Origin: Candidatus Saccharimonadota bacterium
GTDB taxonomy: Bacteria > Patescibacteriota > Saccharimonadia > Saccharimonadales > JAXHMH01
Direction: 5' to 3'
Assembly: GCA_034521515.1 (NCBI GenBank)
Contig: JAXHMH010000002.1
Coordinates: 344,379 to 408,378, forward strand
Length of the DNA stretch: 64,000 nucleotides
The notes under the pieces were generated by a model. The model was not told the origin of the DNA, ran no database searches, and was given only the letters and a program-made list of their open reading frames with translations. Below are positions 23,614-31,205 of the stretch, piece after piece. The stretch's first letter is position 1. The number at the start of each line of letters is the position of its first letter. A program made the translations under genes and the position numbers.

Positions 23614-26289
23614 TTAAAAGCGAGGATGCCAGAAAAATTTTGGTGTTGTATGTGGCTTGTTAATAGATCGTCGACTTTGCGCTGGGTGTTGCGATTCATC
23701 TGTTGGCTTGCCTTTGCGATTGGCGCGAGCCGGATGTTCGCCAAGGTTGTCTGTTAAATTACCGAGTACCAGCTCAAACGCACGACGTAATTTGTGCTTG
23801 ATTGAGCGAATAGCTTTTATAGCGGGGTGCACTTCTGGGCTTTCCTCAGGGGGATCATCTTCAACTGGTTCCTCTGGTGGTTCGTCAATAAAGCCGTCGC
23901 AGGCATCGTCTATACCGTCTTGGTCGTAATCTACGCCGCTTGGTTCAAACACCAAGCAGGAGTCTTGATCATTGGGGACACCGTCGCCGTCAAAATCATC
24001 TTCTGAGTGGGCGATATATACTGTCTTATAACGCGAAATATCTTCGCCGCCAAGTGTCGGCCCGTTTAGATGAAAGGTATGAAACCCGGGTTCAATATCC
24101 TCCGGGAGTGTGAACTCAATGTCCAGGTTGCCTTTGCTGTCAGTTGTGAAGTCACCAAGGTGTACTGGATCGGAAAAGAGCTGCAGTCCATACGCCGTAT
24201 TTGGCATAAGAGATGTGATACGGGTCAGGTGTGTTTCTCCGAAGTAAATAATGTCGTCAAACAAGTCATCAACATAACCATTGCTGCGAATCTGCGCTCC
24301 AATAACCGGTGCATCTATTAAATATTGCAAGAACTCATCATCTGTCATGCTCGGACGCGCAGCAAATAAAAACGGTTCGGGCATTTCTTTAGTGAGGCTA
24401 TCGGTTTCTTCAAGTATCCGTTGGGCGAGCAATCTTTGGCCGATATCTGTCGGGTGATAGCTGGCATTGCTCAAAACCTGCAATTTGTCACGTCCGGCGG
24501 TTACACCGTGTACGGCCAGCTCGCTAGACGGTCCGTCACAAAGCTGTCTGCCATGGAAGGCATCCTCCACGTCGACATACAATAACCCGGTTTGGGTAGC
24601 AGCAACTCTGATGGTTTTGTTCAAATAGCTAACAATACCGCGTGCAAACTCGCGCTCTTGCTGGTTGAGCTCCACGTTCAGTGCGCACTGATCATTGTCG
24701 GTTGCCGCCGCAATCTGTGGATAGCCCACCACATAATATCTGGTATCCGGCGAGGTTTGTTTAAGACGGAAAAGCGTCATATACATTTGATTAAACTGGC
24801 GGTCAATCTCTGTAAACACCTCCACGCGGCTCTCATAGGAGCTAAAACAGGTAGTTGGCGAACCAATACACCGCGAAAGCTTGTTGCCAAAACCAATATC
24901 GTTTCCGCCAATAGTTATGGTACTAGCGGCGGGAGAGTAAGCTGCCGGGAAATTAATTTGAGGTCGATATCCAGGGAGGAAATTGGTCATAATATGGTTA
25001 TCGAAACCAGGGTCTTGCATTAAGTTAATTTGAGGTAAGAACCCATTTACATTGTCTAGTTTTGCGCCACTACAAGCCACGCTATTAAATATCCCGTCAG
25101 TTTGGGGTGTTCTTTCCGGACCCTCGTGTATCCCGAGTTGCTCAGCCAGAATATACGGATAGCTGCGCTGACTTATCCGGCAGGTGTTTTCATCATTATT
25201 GCTGTAGTCTTCATAACTGCCTGCTCCCTCGCCACTAGAGAACGAATCACCCAGAGCTATATATTCCTTATCTGGTTTAACGTAGTCTGATCGGTATATT
25301 TCGGTGTACTTCTGAAGACTATCTTCTATCCGCGAGAGAGCCATTATTTTTTGGCCGTCGTGACTGAAGTGTATAAAGGTCAGAAAATTAAAGTCTGGGA
25401 TCTTGTCACGTAGAGTCAGGCGTAAATTACGGACGCCGCAGCCGGGTGACGTATCAACATCAATTTCTAGTGCATCGCTTGGTTCACAGCTAGCAAGATC
25501 GTACACAAAAGGCGTACCGCCATCATTTCTACTAACGTATTGGCTGAATGCAAACTGCCCATCATTGCTAATAGCAAGCTTATAGTTAGTGCCGTTATTT
25601 GTTGAAGCCTTAGCTATGGTCTGCATTGACATGGTAGGTATATGCACGCGCATAATAACCCGCTTAACACGAGCAATCATCCATTCACCGTTTTTAGAAA
25701 ACGCATGGTTGGATACGCCAATAATTTCACCTTCCTCATCAGTAAGATAATCCGGCTCAAAGTTTACACGGTAGGTTGCCTCACCGTGAATGATGTGCTC
25801 GCCAATATAGGGCAGGTCATCTATGAAGTACGCTTTATACGGGCTGTTGCCGTCATATCGGTTCAGTCCACCGCCAGCATATACTGTCGACTGCCCGGGT
25901 ATCGGCTTTACTCTACTGGCACCGACTATGTCTATCTTTTGAGCGTACTCACTACCGCTGAACTTAACGTAACCACTTTTTGAGATAAGCCCAAAAGGAG
26001 TCTGTACGGCGCACACAGATTTTTCTTCTGGGCTAGAGGTTGCTTCCTGGGGTATGTCGCGCCGGTGCGAGTAGATTTTTACCTTGAATGTTGTCGGGAA
26101 ACAGTCTTGACTCCTGTCAATTAAGCTTTCAACATCTGCATAATCATCAGAAACATCAATCTCTAGATCTGATCCGTCTGTCCAGGTTAGCTCGCTGTTG
26201 GCCTCGGCCGGCCGTTGAGTTCCGCTAAGCAATATACTTGTAAAAAATAGTACCACTAATAAGGCTGTACCTACACGTTTCATAAACAC
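23614..26289 (-). CDS. Large secreted SGNH/GDSL hydrolase with thrombospondin-type-3-like Ca-binding repeats
   Basis: Signal peptide MKRVGTALLVVLFFTSILLSG. SGNH blocks are YIALGDSFSSGEG (I), VACSGAKL (II), TIGGNDIGF (III) and SYHPTDIGQ (V). C-terminal DGDGVPNDQDSC...DYDQDGIDDACD is followed by a P/E-rich and basic tail. Confidence 0.7.
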   Translation of the reverse strand: MFMKRVGTALLVVLFFTSILLSGTQRPAEANSELTWTDGSDLEIDVSDDYADVESLIDRSQDCFPTTFKVKIYSHRRDIPQEATSSPEEKSVCAVQTPFGLISKSGYVKFSGSEYAQKIDIVGASRVKPIPGQSTVYAGGGLNRYDGNSPYKAYFIDDLPYIGEHIIHGEATYRVNFEPDYLTDEEGEIIGVSNHAFSKNGEWMIARVKRVIMRVHIPTMSMQTIAKASTNNGTNYKLAISNDGQFAFSQYVSRNDGGTPFVYDLASCEPSDALEIDVDTSPGCGVRNLRLTLRDKIPDFNFLTFIHFSHDGQKIMALSRIEDSLQKYTEIYRSDYVKPDKEYIALGDSFSSGEGAGSYEDYSNNDENTCRISQRSYPYILAEQLGIHEGPERTPQTDGIFNSVACSGAKLDNVNGFLPQINLMQDPGFDNHIMTNFLPGYRPQINFPAAYSPAASTITIGGNDIGFGNKLSRCIGSPTTCFSSYESRVEVFTEIDRQFNQMYMTLFRLKQTSPDTRYYVVGYPQIAAATDNDQCALNVELNQQEREFARGIVSYLNKTIRVAATQTGLLYVDVEDAFHGRQLCDGPSSELAVHGVTAGRDKLQVLSNASYHPTDIGQRLLAQRILEETDSLTKEMPEPFLFAARPSMTDDEFLQYLIDAPVIGAQIRSNGYVDDLFDDIIYFGETHLTRITSLMPNTAYGLQLFSDPVHLGDFTTDSKGNLDIEFTLPEDIEPGFHTFHLNGPTLGGEDISRYKTVYIAHSEDDFDGDGVPNDQDSCLVFEPSGVDYDQDGIDDACDGFIDEPPEEPVEDDPPEESPEVHPAIKAIRSIKHKLRRAFELVLGNLTDNLGEHPARANRKGKPTDESQHPAQSRRSINKPHTTPKFFWHPRF

Positions 26290-26350
26290 CCCACATTTAT
26301 TTATAGTGTAAAGTGTCTCAAATACATTATTTTATTACAAGAACTAAAAA

Positions 26351-26965
26351 TTATCGTACCGGAAAATGCTCCGTAAGGGCTCTTTGGGTGTAGGTTAAAG
26401 TAGTGGTGAGTGTTTCTTCTTCATCTTGATAATTTTGTGTTGCATGGGTAAACCTCATTGCTACTCTAATTTCTGGATTATTTTTAAATGTGAAGCCAAC
26501 ACTAGCTTTGTTTTGATGGCTATTGAGAGGTTGAAACGCGTCATCAGCTGCCAAATAATATAATTCACTGGTGCGGACTATAGTATCATCCTGTTCATCA
26601 ATAAATTTATCTAGCTGATTGACCATCCTATTCGCGTCTAAATAATCGTTTACACCAGTCTTAAGCTCAAAAGAAACCGAACAATTAAGGGGTCCCCTAC
26701 CTTCTTTATGCGAATCATAATGGCAATAACTAGACGGCGTCATAATATCAATATTATAAATTGAGCTGATTGTGGAGCTCAGTTCTGCTAGTTGTTCCTT
26801 TGCGTGGTCGAATTTAGCTCGTTCTTCGGAGATCTGGATTTGGTTGAATACAAAGTTGCCAATAAGCAGCAGCAAAATAACCAGCGGGACTGCTATGAGC
26901 AGGGTGCGTTTCATGTTTGGTTTTGATTCTTGTTCCTTTTGAGTTTTGCTCGTGCTTTTTGTCAT
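26351..26965 (-). CDS. Membrane-anchored hypothetical protein
   Basis: N-terminal basic region plus TM (TLLIAVPLVILLLLIGNFVF), then a ~150-aa ectodomain with no recognised motif. Confidence 0.45.
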   Translation of the reverse strand: MTKSTSKTQKEQESKPNMKRTLLIAVPLVILLLLIGNFVFNQIQISEERAKFDHAKEQLAELSSTISSIYNIDIMTPSSYCHYDSHKEGRGPLNCSVSFELKTGVNDYLDANRMVNQLDKFIDEQDDTIVRTSELYYLAADDAFQPLNSHQNKASVGFTFKNNPEIRVAMRFTHATQNYQDEEETLTTTLTYTQRALTEHFPVR

Positions 26966-27013
26966 GAGTAGTATTGTAGCAGCTTAATAAACACAAAATA
27001 CCAACCAAAAGCT

Positions 27014-27045
27014 AAACGCGCCAGTCGAGTGGCGCGTTTATTTTT
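27014..27045. terminator. Hairpin AAACGCGCCA-gtcgag-TGGCGCGTTT followed by a T-run; copy 2 of the 41-bp direct repeat
   Basis: Identical to 22673-22698. The flanks gctaaacgcg...cgtttat..cgctca are shared (22670-22710 vs 27011-27051). Confidence 0.6.
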
Positions 27046-27123
27046 ACGCTCAAAAACTAGTAGACTCAGTTAAGCAAAGTATTTTGTCGATGGTTGTGTT
27101 TTGAGTGGGGTATAATAAGGGCT

Positions 27124-27390
27124 ATGAAAAAACTATTGTCAACAACAGGTTTATTAGTGGCATTAATTGCTCTAACGGCATCCTGGACTGCGGTTCATGC
27201 GCCGGAGGTTGTGGCTCATGATGGAGTTGATTATAGCCAAGTCGGTGGTTTGTCCGAGGAAGAAACCGAATCATTTACAGAACACCAGAGTCTCAGAGAT
27301 CGTTACATGGACGTATCTGTGGTGGTTGCCGGAGCAACCTTCTTGTTTGCCGGCTTTTGGTTTATCCGCAAATCACTCAAAGATCGTTAG
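27124..27390 (+). CDS. Small secreted/membrane-anchored hypothetical protein
   Basis: ATG 27124 gives MKKLLSTTGLLVALIALTASWTAVHA (signal peptide) and a C-terminal TM plus basic tail (VVVAGATFLFAGFWFIRKSLKDR). Confidence 0.45.
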   Translation: MKKLLSTTGLLVALIALTASWTAVHAPEVVAHDGVDYSQVGGLSEEETESFTEHQSLRDRYMDVSVVVAGATFLFAGFWFIRKSLKDR

Positions 27391-27509
27391 ACGTACGAGA
27401 CCCTAACTGCAAGAACTCGATTATTTTCGGCGACAATACCGTTTTAGCAAGTAACTAGATACTCCCATTTAATCTACGTTAGTAGGAGAGTAAACTACCG
27501 AATAATTTT

Positions 27510-28601
27510 TTAAGACATTATAAGTCGGAGTAAATCCGTATAAATATATACAGTTGCGCCTTTTCGGCCTTTAAACTCAGTATATATTTCTATAACTTTA
27601 TCTTTAAGTAAGGCTTCAATTAAAGTCTTAGTAGTGTTCCTGTTGATTGATAGGTTGGCTGTGACTTCACTTGCCGTAAACACAGGATTCTCAAAAATAT
27701 AATCTACAATTCTCCGGATATTTGGTGACTGGCTACTTCCATAGCTGTTTTGTAATTCACCATTTAAATCAAGCATTGCATCAACAAGTGAAACCGAAAT
27801 CTCACTTTGTTTAACAATTGATTCAAGAAAGAAGCAAGTCCAAGCATTTAAATCTCTTGTCTTGTCCGTTTCTCGCAGTTTGTTTTTATAAAGCTCCTTA
27901 TTTTTTTCAAAGTACTGGCTGGTATATAAAACTGGTTCCGATAATACCCCTTGATAATTTAGCAGCGCTGGAATTAACATACGTCCAATACGGCCATTGC
28001 CGTCTTCAAAAGGGTGTATTGCTTCGAACATATAGTGAAAAATCGCTGTTTTTACGAGAGGCGACTCATCTTCACCATTGATATAACTTAGTAGGTTTTC
28101 CATCCTACTGTCTATCTGTGAAAAATGTGGAGTAACATACAGAGCTTCTTCAATGGGAGTTGTTTCGTTATTGCCAATCCAGGCATCTTTTTCTCTATAC
28201 TTTCCTAATTCACCTTTGTGGTGTGTGCCTTCAAGTAATACATGATGTATCTGCCTAATCTTAGTGTTACTAAGACCTTCGGTTTTATTGAACTCAGAAG
28301 CTAGTTTTAGGGCTTTTCTATAGTTTGCTACTACTGGTGTATCTTCCTTAGGCGATTTACCAGTAGCATCAAGAACAAACACGTCTTTTGAGTCTGTTAT
28401 GGTGCCTTCAATTTTTGAGCTAAGAGACGCCTCTCTTGTCAAGAGCGGCTTAATTAAATGATCTGAGTTTGCAATTTTTTTGTGGGCAATCTGAAGTTTT
28501 CCTAGCGCATAAGATGCTTGTTCCAGTTCTCTGTAATACCGTTCGGGTTTAAGCGTTATTGGTAAGTGAGGGGGGTTCCCATAGATTATTTTGTCTGACA
28601 T
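27510..28601 (-). CDS. Fic-family protein (AMPylase-type) with N-terminal inhibitory motif and C-terminal wHTH-like region
   Basis: Fic motif HPFEDGNGRIGRMLIPALL. An inhibitory-helix-like SSKIEG, matching (S/T)xxxE(G/N), lies upstream. ATG 28601 (MSDKIIYGNPP) is preferred over the track start at 28649. Confidence 0.8.
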   Translation of the reverse strand: MSDKIIYGNPPHLPITLKPERYYRELEQASYALGKLQIAHKKIANSDHLIKPLLTREASLSSKIEGTITDSKDVFVLDATGKSPKEDTPVVANYRKALKLASEFNKTEGLSNTKIRQIHHVLLEGTHHKGELGKYREKDAWIGNNETTPIEEALYVTPHFSQIDSRMENLLSYINGEDESPLVKTAIFHYMFEAIHPFEDGNGRIGRMLIPALLNYQGVLSEPVLYTSQYFEKNKELYKNKLRETDKTRDLNAWTCFFLESIVKQSEISVSLVDAMLDLNGELQNSYGSSQSPNIRRIVDYIFENPVFTASEVTANLSINRNTTKTLIEALLKDKVIEIYTEFKGRKGATVYIYTDLLRLIMS

Positions 28602-28826
28602 GATGCCTAATTTTATCAAATAATTAAGCGTTACGCAATAATCATGCATAATTGTTAACCATCATTATTTTAATCTGTGTTTTTCTCTTTTGAGCCCAGC
28701 TCCAAAACAATTTATTTTTGCCCAATGTCGAATAACAGAATTATGAGTAAGAAGCTATTTAAGAAAGCTTCGACGTTCGTTCCGAAAAAACAGGGCAAAT
28801 AGCTACTTTTTCTAGGTTAAGTCGCC

Positions 28827-29924
28827 TTATTTTATAACCGATTTATAAACGGCTAAGGTTTGTTCGGCCATTCTCTTCCACGAATACTTTTTAACCTGAG
28901 CGTAGCCCTTGCTTATGAGAGATTTACGCAGCCCAGTATCTTCAATAACCTCAGCAATTTTTTCGGCCATGTCTGCCGGTTCGTTGGGGTCAAAGTAATG
29001 CGCAGCGTCACCATAAACTTCCGGCAAACTGGTCGCATTGCTAGAAACCACCGGGCAGCCGTGCACCATCGCCTCTAACCCTGGCAGGCCAAACCCCTCG
29101 CTTAAAGACGGGAACACATACGCTTCGGCGTTTTGATACAACCATTTGAGCTCTTCATCAGGTATAAAGCCAGTAAGCACGACGTTTGAGATGTTATTTT
29201 CGCCGATATGATCCGCCAGTTTATCGTAGTATTGCTCTTGTTTGCCGGCTAGAACCAGCATCAAATCCGGACGGCGTTCTTGCAGCATCATAAACGCATC
29301 AACCAGCTTATCAAGGTTTTTGTGAGGGAACGCCGTGCCGACATAAAAAATAAACGGACGTTTAATACCTTCAGGTATCATCGTCTCGGTATCTAGCGGT
29401 GGCTCGCTGGCGCAGTGCGTGACCGTCACTTTGCCATCAGTAAATGGGTAGTGAGTTTGAAGATCCTTTTTAACGAACTTGCTGATAGTAATAATGTGTT
29501 TGGAGCGTTTATTGCCCAGCCAAAACAAGAACCGATAGGCCGCCATTTTGAGCCAGAATATCGGCAACGGTGTTTTGCCGGGGCGAGTAAAACGCAGCAT
29601 GGTTAAATCCATGGTGGTGGTGACGGATGGGCGCCAATAAAAAATTGGCTGGGCGTTAGTCGTAAAATGCACTAAATCGGCCTTGAGCTTATAGAGCTGC
29701 CGGGCAAACCCCAGTTCATGTAACGGGTTAAGCGAGAACTGTCCGTACTTTGTCTTAGCAACGCTGAAGTTGGAAGATTTTGGCTGCCACGGATCGTCTT
29801 GCTGCAAGAGGAATGTATAACGGTTGGTTTTATCTATATTTTGCAGATGTTCAACCAATCTATCTATGTAGCGGCCGGTGCTGCTACGTCGAATTCGTCC
29901 ATCTATAACAATATGCTTACTCAT
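28827..29924 (-). CDS. Glycosyltransferase, GT4 family
   Basis: C-terminal FPSLSEGFGLPGLEAMVHGCPVVSSNATSLPEV (EX7E-type GT4 motif); 365 aa. Confidence 0.8.
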   Translation of the reverse strand: MSKHIVIDGRIRRSSTGRYIDRLVEHLQNIDKTNRYTFLLQQDDPWQPKSSNFSVAKTKYGQFSLNPLHELGFARQLYKLKADLVHFTTNAQPIFYWRPSVTTTMDLTMLRFTRPGKTPLPIFWLKMAAYRFLFWLGNKRSKHIITISKFVKKDLQTHYPFTDGKVTVTHCASEPPLDTETMIPEGIKRPFIFYVGTAFPHKNLDKLVDAFMMLQERRPDLMLVLAGKQEQYYDKLADHIGENNISNVVLTGFIPDEELKWLYQNAEAYVFPSLSEGFGLPGLEAMVHGCPVVSSNATSLPEVYGDAAHYFDPNEPADMAEKIAEVIEDTGLRKSLISKGYAQVKKYSWKRMAEQTLAVYKSVIK

Positions 29925-30258
29925 TTTTTAGCGGTCCAAATACGTCTACAATATTTTTGCAGACCTTTCGTTTAGTAGATCCACCGATACGGCCAATTTT
30001 TCTAGTAATAAGCCCAGGGTCGGCTGTAAAAATCTTATCTGGTCGCACAAAGCTGATGCGGTTTAAGCCGCTATTATCAGTTTTGCCGTCAATCTGTACA
30101 GACGCGCCAGTTATCGGTGGCTTGCTGGTAATTTGGCAGACAATGACATTATCAAAATCAGAAAGTGCAGCAACTAAGACTGGCCTAACCTTTGAGCTTT
30201 GCAAGCCCGAGAAAGGGAAACGAACAAGCAGAACGTCTCCTACTGCAAATGTGCCCAT
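29917..30258 (-). CDS. mazF: Type II toxin, MazF/PemK family
   Basis: GDVLLVRFPFSG...KVRPVLVAA and ISFVRPDKIFTAD are typical of PemK/MazF. It overlaps the MazE-like gene upstream and the GT4 start downstream. Confidence 0.75.
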   Translation of the reverse strand: MGTFAVGDVLLVRFPFSGLQSSKVRPVLVAALSDFDNVIVCQITSKPPITGASVQIDGKTDNSGLNRISFVRPDKIFTADPGLITRKIGRIGGSTKRKVCKNIVDVFGPLKNE

Positions 30259-30479
30259 GCCTCATCCTCTTCCGGGTTATTCCAGTCACTGAGAGTTGCT
30301 TCGCTCAGCAGTGCCATTTCGCGAGCCGACATACCCTCAAAGCCGATATCTGATTTTATAACAATGGTGTTATTGCTAACTTCTAGCAGAACCTTATCAC
30401 CCAAATTAGTCTGTTCTAGAATCGCTTTAGGGATTCTAATGCCTTTGGAGTTGCCGATTCTAACAATTTTTGTACGCAT
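30240..30479 (-). CDS. mazE: Type II antitoxin, AbrB/MazE/SpoVT family
   Basis: MRTKIVRIGNSKGIRIPKAILEQ is a swapped-hairpin AbrB-type DNA-binding motif. Confidence 0.75.
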   Translation of the reverse strand: MRTKIVRIGNSKGIRIPKAILEQTNLGDKVLLEVSNNTIVIKSDIGFEGMSAREMALLSEATLSDWNNPEEDEAWAHLQ

Positions 30480-30488
30480 AGTAATTAC

Positions 30489-30517
30489 ATTGTAATTACA
30501 TACGCATTACTTGTCAA
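30489..30517 (-). promoter_or_regulatory. Promoter of the mazEF-like operon
   Basis: On the minus strand: TTGACA (30517-30512), 17 nt, TACAAT (30494-30489), then ATG 9 nt downstream. There is no SD. A GTAATTAC direct repeat overlaps the -10. Confidence 0.55.
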
Positions 30518-30533
30518 CCTTTTGTTTGTGGAA

Positions 30534-30794
30534 TCATCTGTAGAGTTTGCTGTGCGTTCCTATCAGCTTAAAGAGTATCAGTTCATCATCCATTTCTATA
30601 TAGACAGCTCTAATGTCACCGCCTATATTAATGCTGTATAAACCAGTATATTTACCCTTCAAAACATGACGGCGTAGTTGCGCATGATCAGGATTTTGGA
30701 TAAATAGTTCAAGTCGCTCCCAGAAACGTTTTTGCTCGTTTTTCTTGAGTGCCTGAAACTGTTTCTTGAAACGCCTAGTGTATCTAATCGTCAT
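30534..30794 (-). CDS. Type II toxin, RelE/YafQ family
   Basis: MTIRYTRRFKKQFQALKK...LRRHVLKGKYTGLYSINIGGDIRAVYIEMDDELILFKLIGTHSKLY follows the RelE/YafQ pattern. It is a paralog of 55098..55364. Confidence 0.75.
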   Translation of the reverse strand: MTIRYTRRFKKQFQALKKNEQKRFWERLELFIQNPDHAQLRRHVLKGKYTGLYSINIGGDIRAVYIEMDDELILFKLIGTHSKLYR

Positions 30795-31071
30795 TGGCTG
30801 CTTCCAGCCATCGCTTCATGTTTTTAGTGTCATGCACTTCAAACGCAGGGGATAGTTTGCCTTTTGCGATATCCTCAAACGATTCATCGAGCAGTTTTTC
30901 AAGTTGTGGCGTAATAGGTTCAGCAGGCAGGGTAACAGCGTTGCCTTGGGCAAAGCTGTACAGTTGGGTGTGGAGGACGCTACTCAGGGGCACGCCAAGT
31001 TTTTTGGCGCGTTTTTGAGCCAGAGCTTTAAGCTTGGGGTCTACTTTGAAGTTAATTACAGCTGTTTTCAT
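30784..31071 (-). CDS. Type II antitoxin, RelB/DinJ family
   Basis: The real start is ATG at 31071 (MKTAVINFKVDPKLKALAQKRAKKLGVPLSSVL, RHH-type). The track ORF extends to 31404 through non-coding-looking sequence. Confidence 0.7.
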   Translation of the reverse strand: MKTAVINFKVDPKLKALAQKRAKKLGVPLSSVLHTQLYSFAQGNAVTLPAEPITPQLEKLLDESFEDIAKGKLSPAFEVHDTKNMKRWLEAANDD

Positions 31072-31078
31072 ATCTAAA

Positions 31079-31106
31079 AGTATACACATTATATACACTT
31101 TGTAAA
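31079..31106 (-). promoter_or_regulatory. Promoter of the relBE-like operon
   Basis: On the minus strand: TTTACA (31106-31101), 16 nt, TATACT (31084-31079), then ATG 7 nt downstream. There is no SD. Confidence 0.55.
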
Positions 31107-31205
31107 CACCCAAACGTTTTAAGGTACAATTATAGTGTGAAATTAAAAATAACCAGAACTTTGTCGTTTTGGAGCAGTACAAGGCGTTGGCGAGGAGCAG
31201 ACTAA

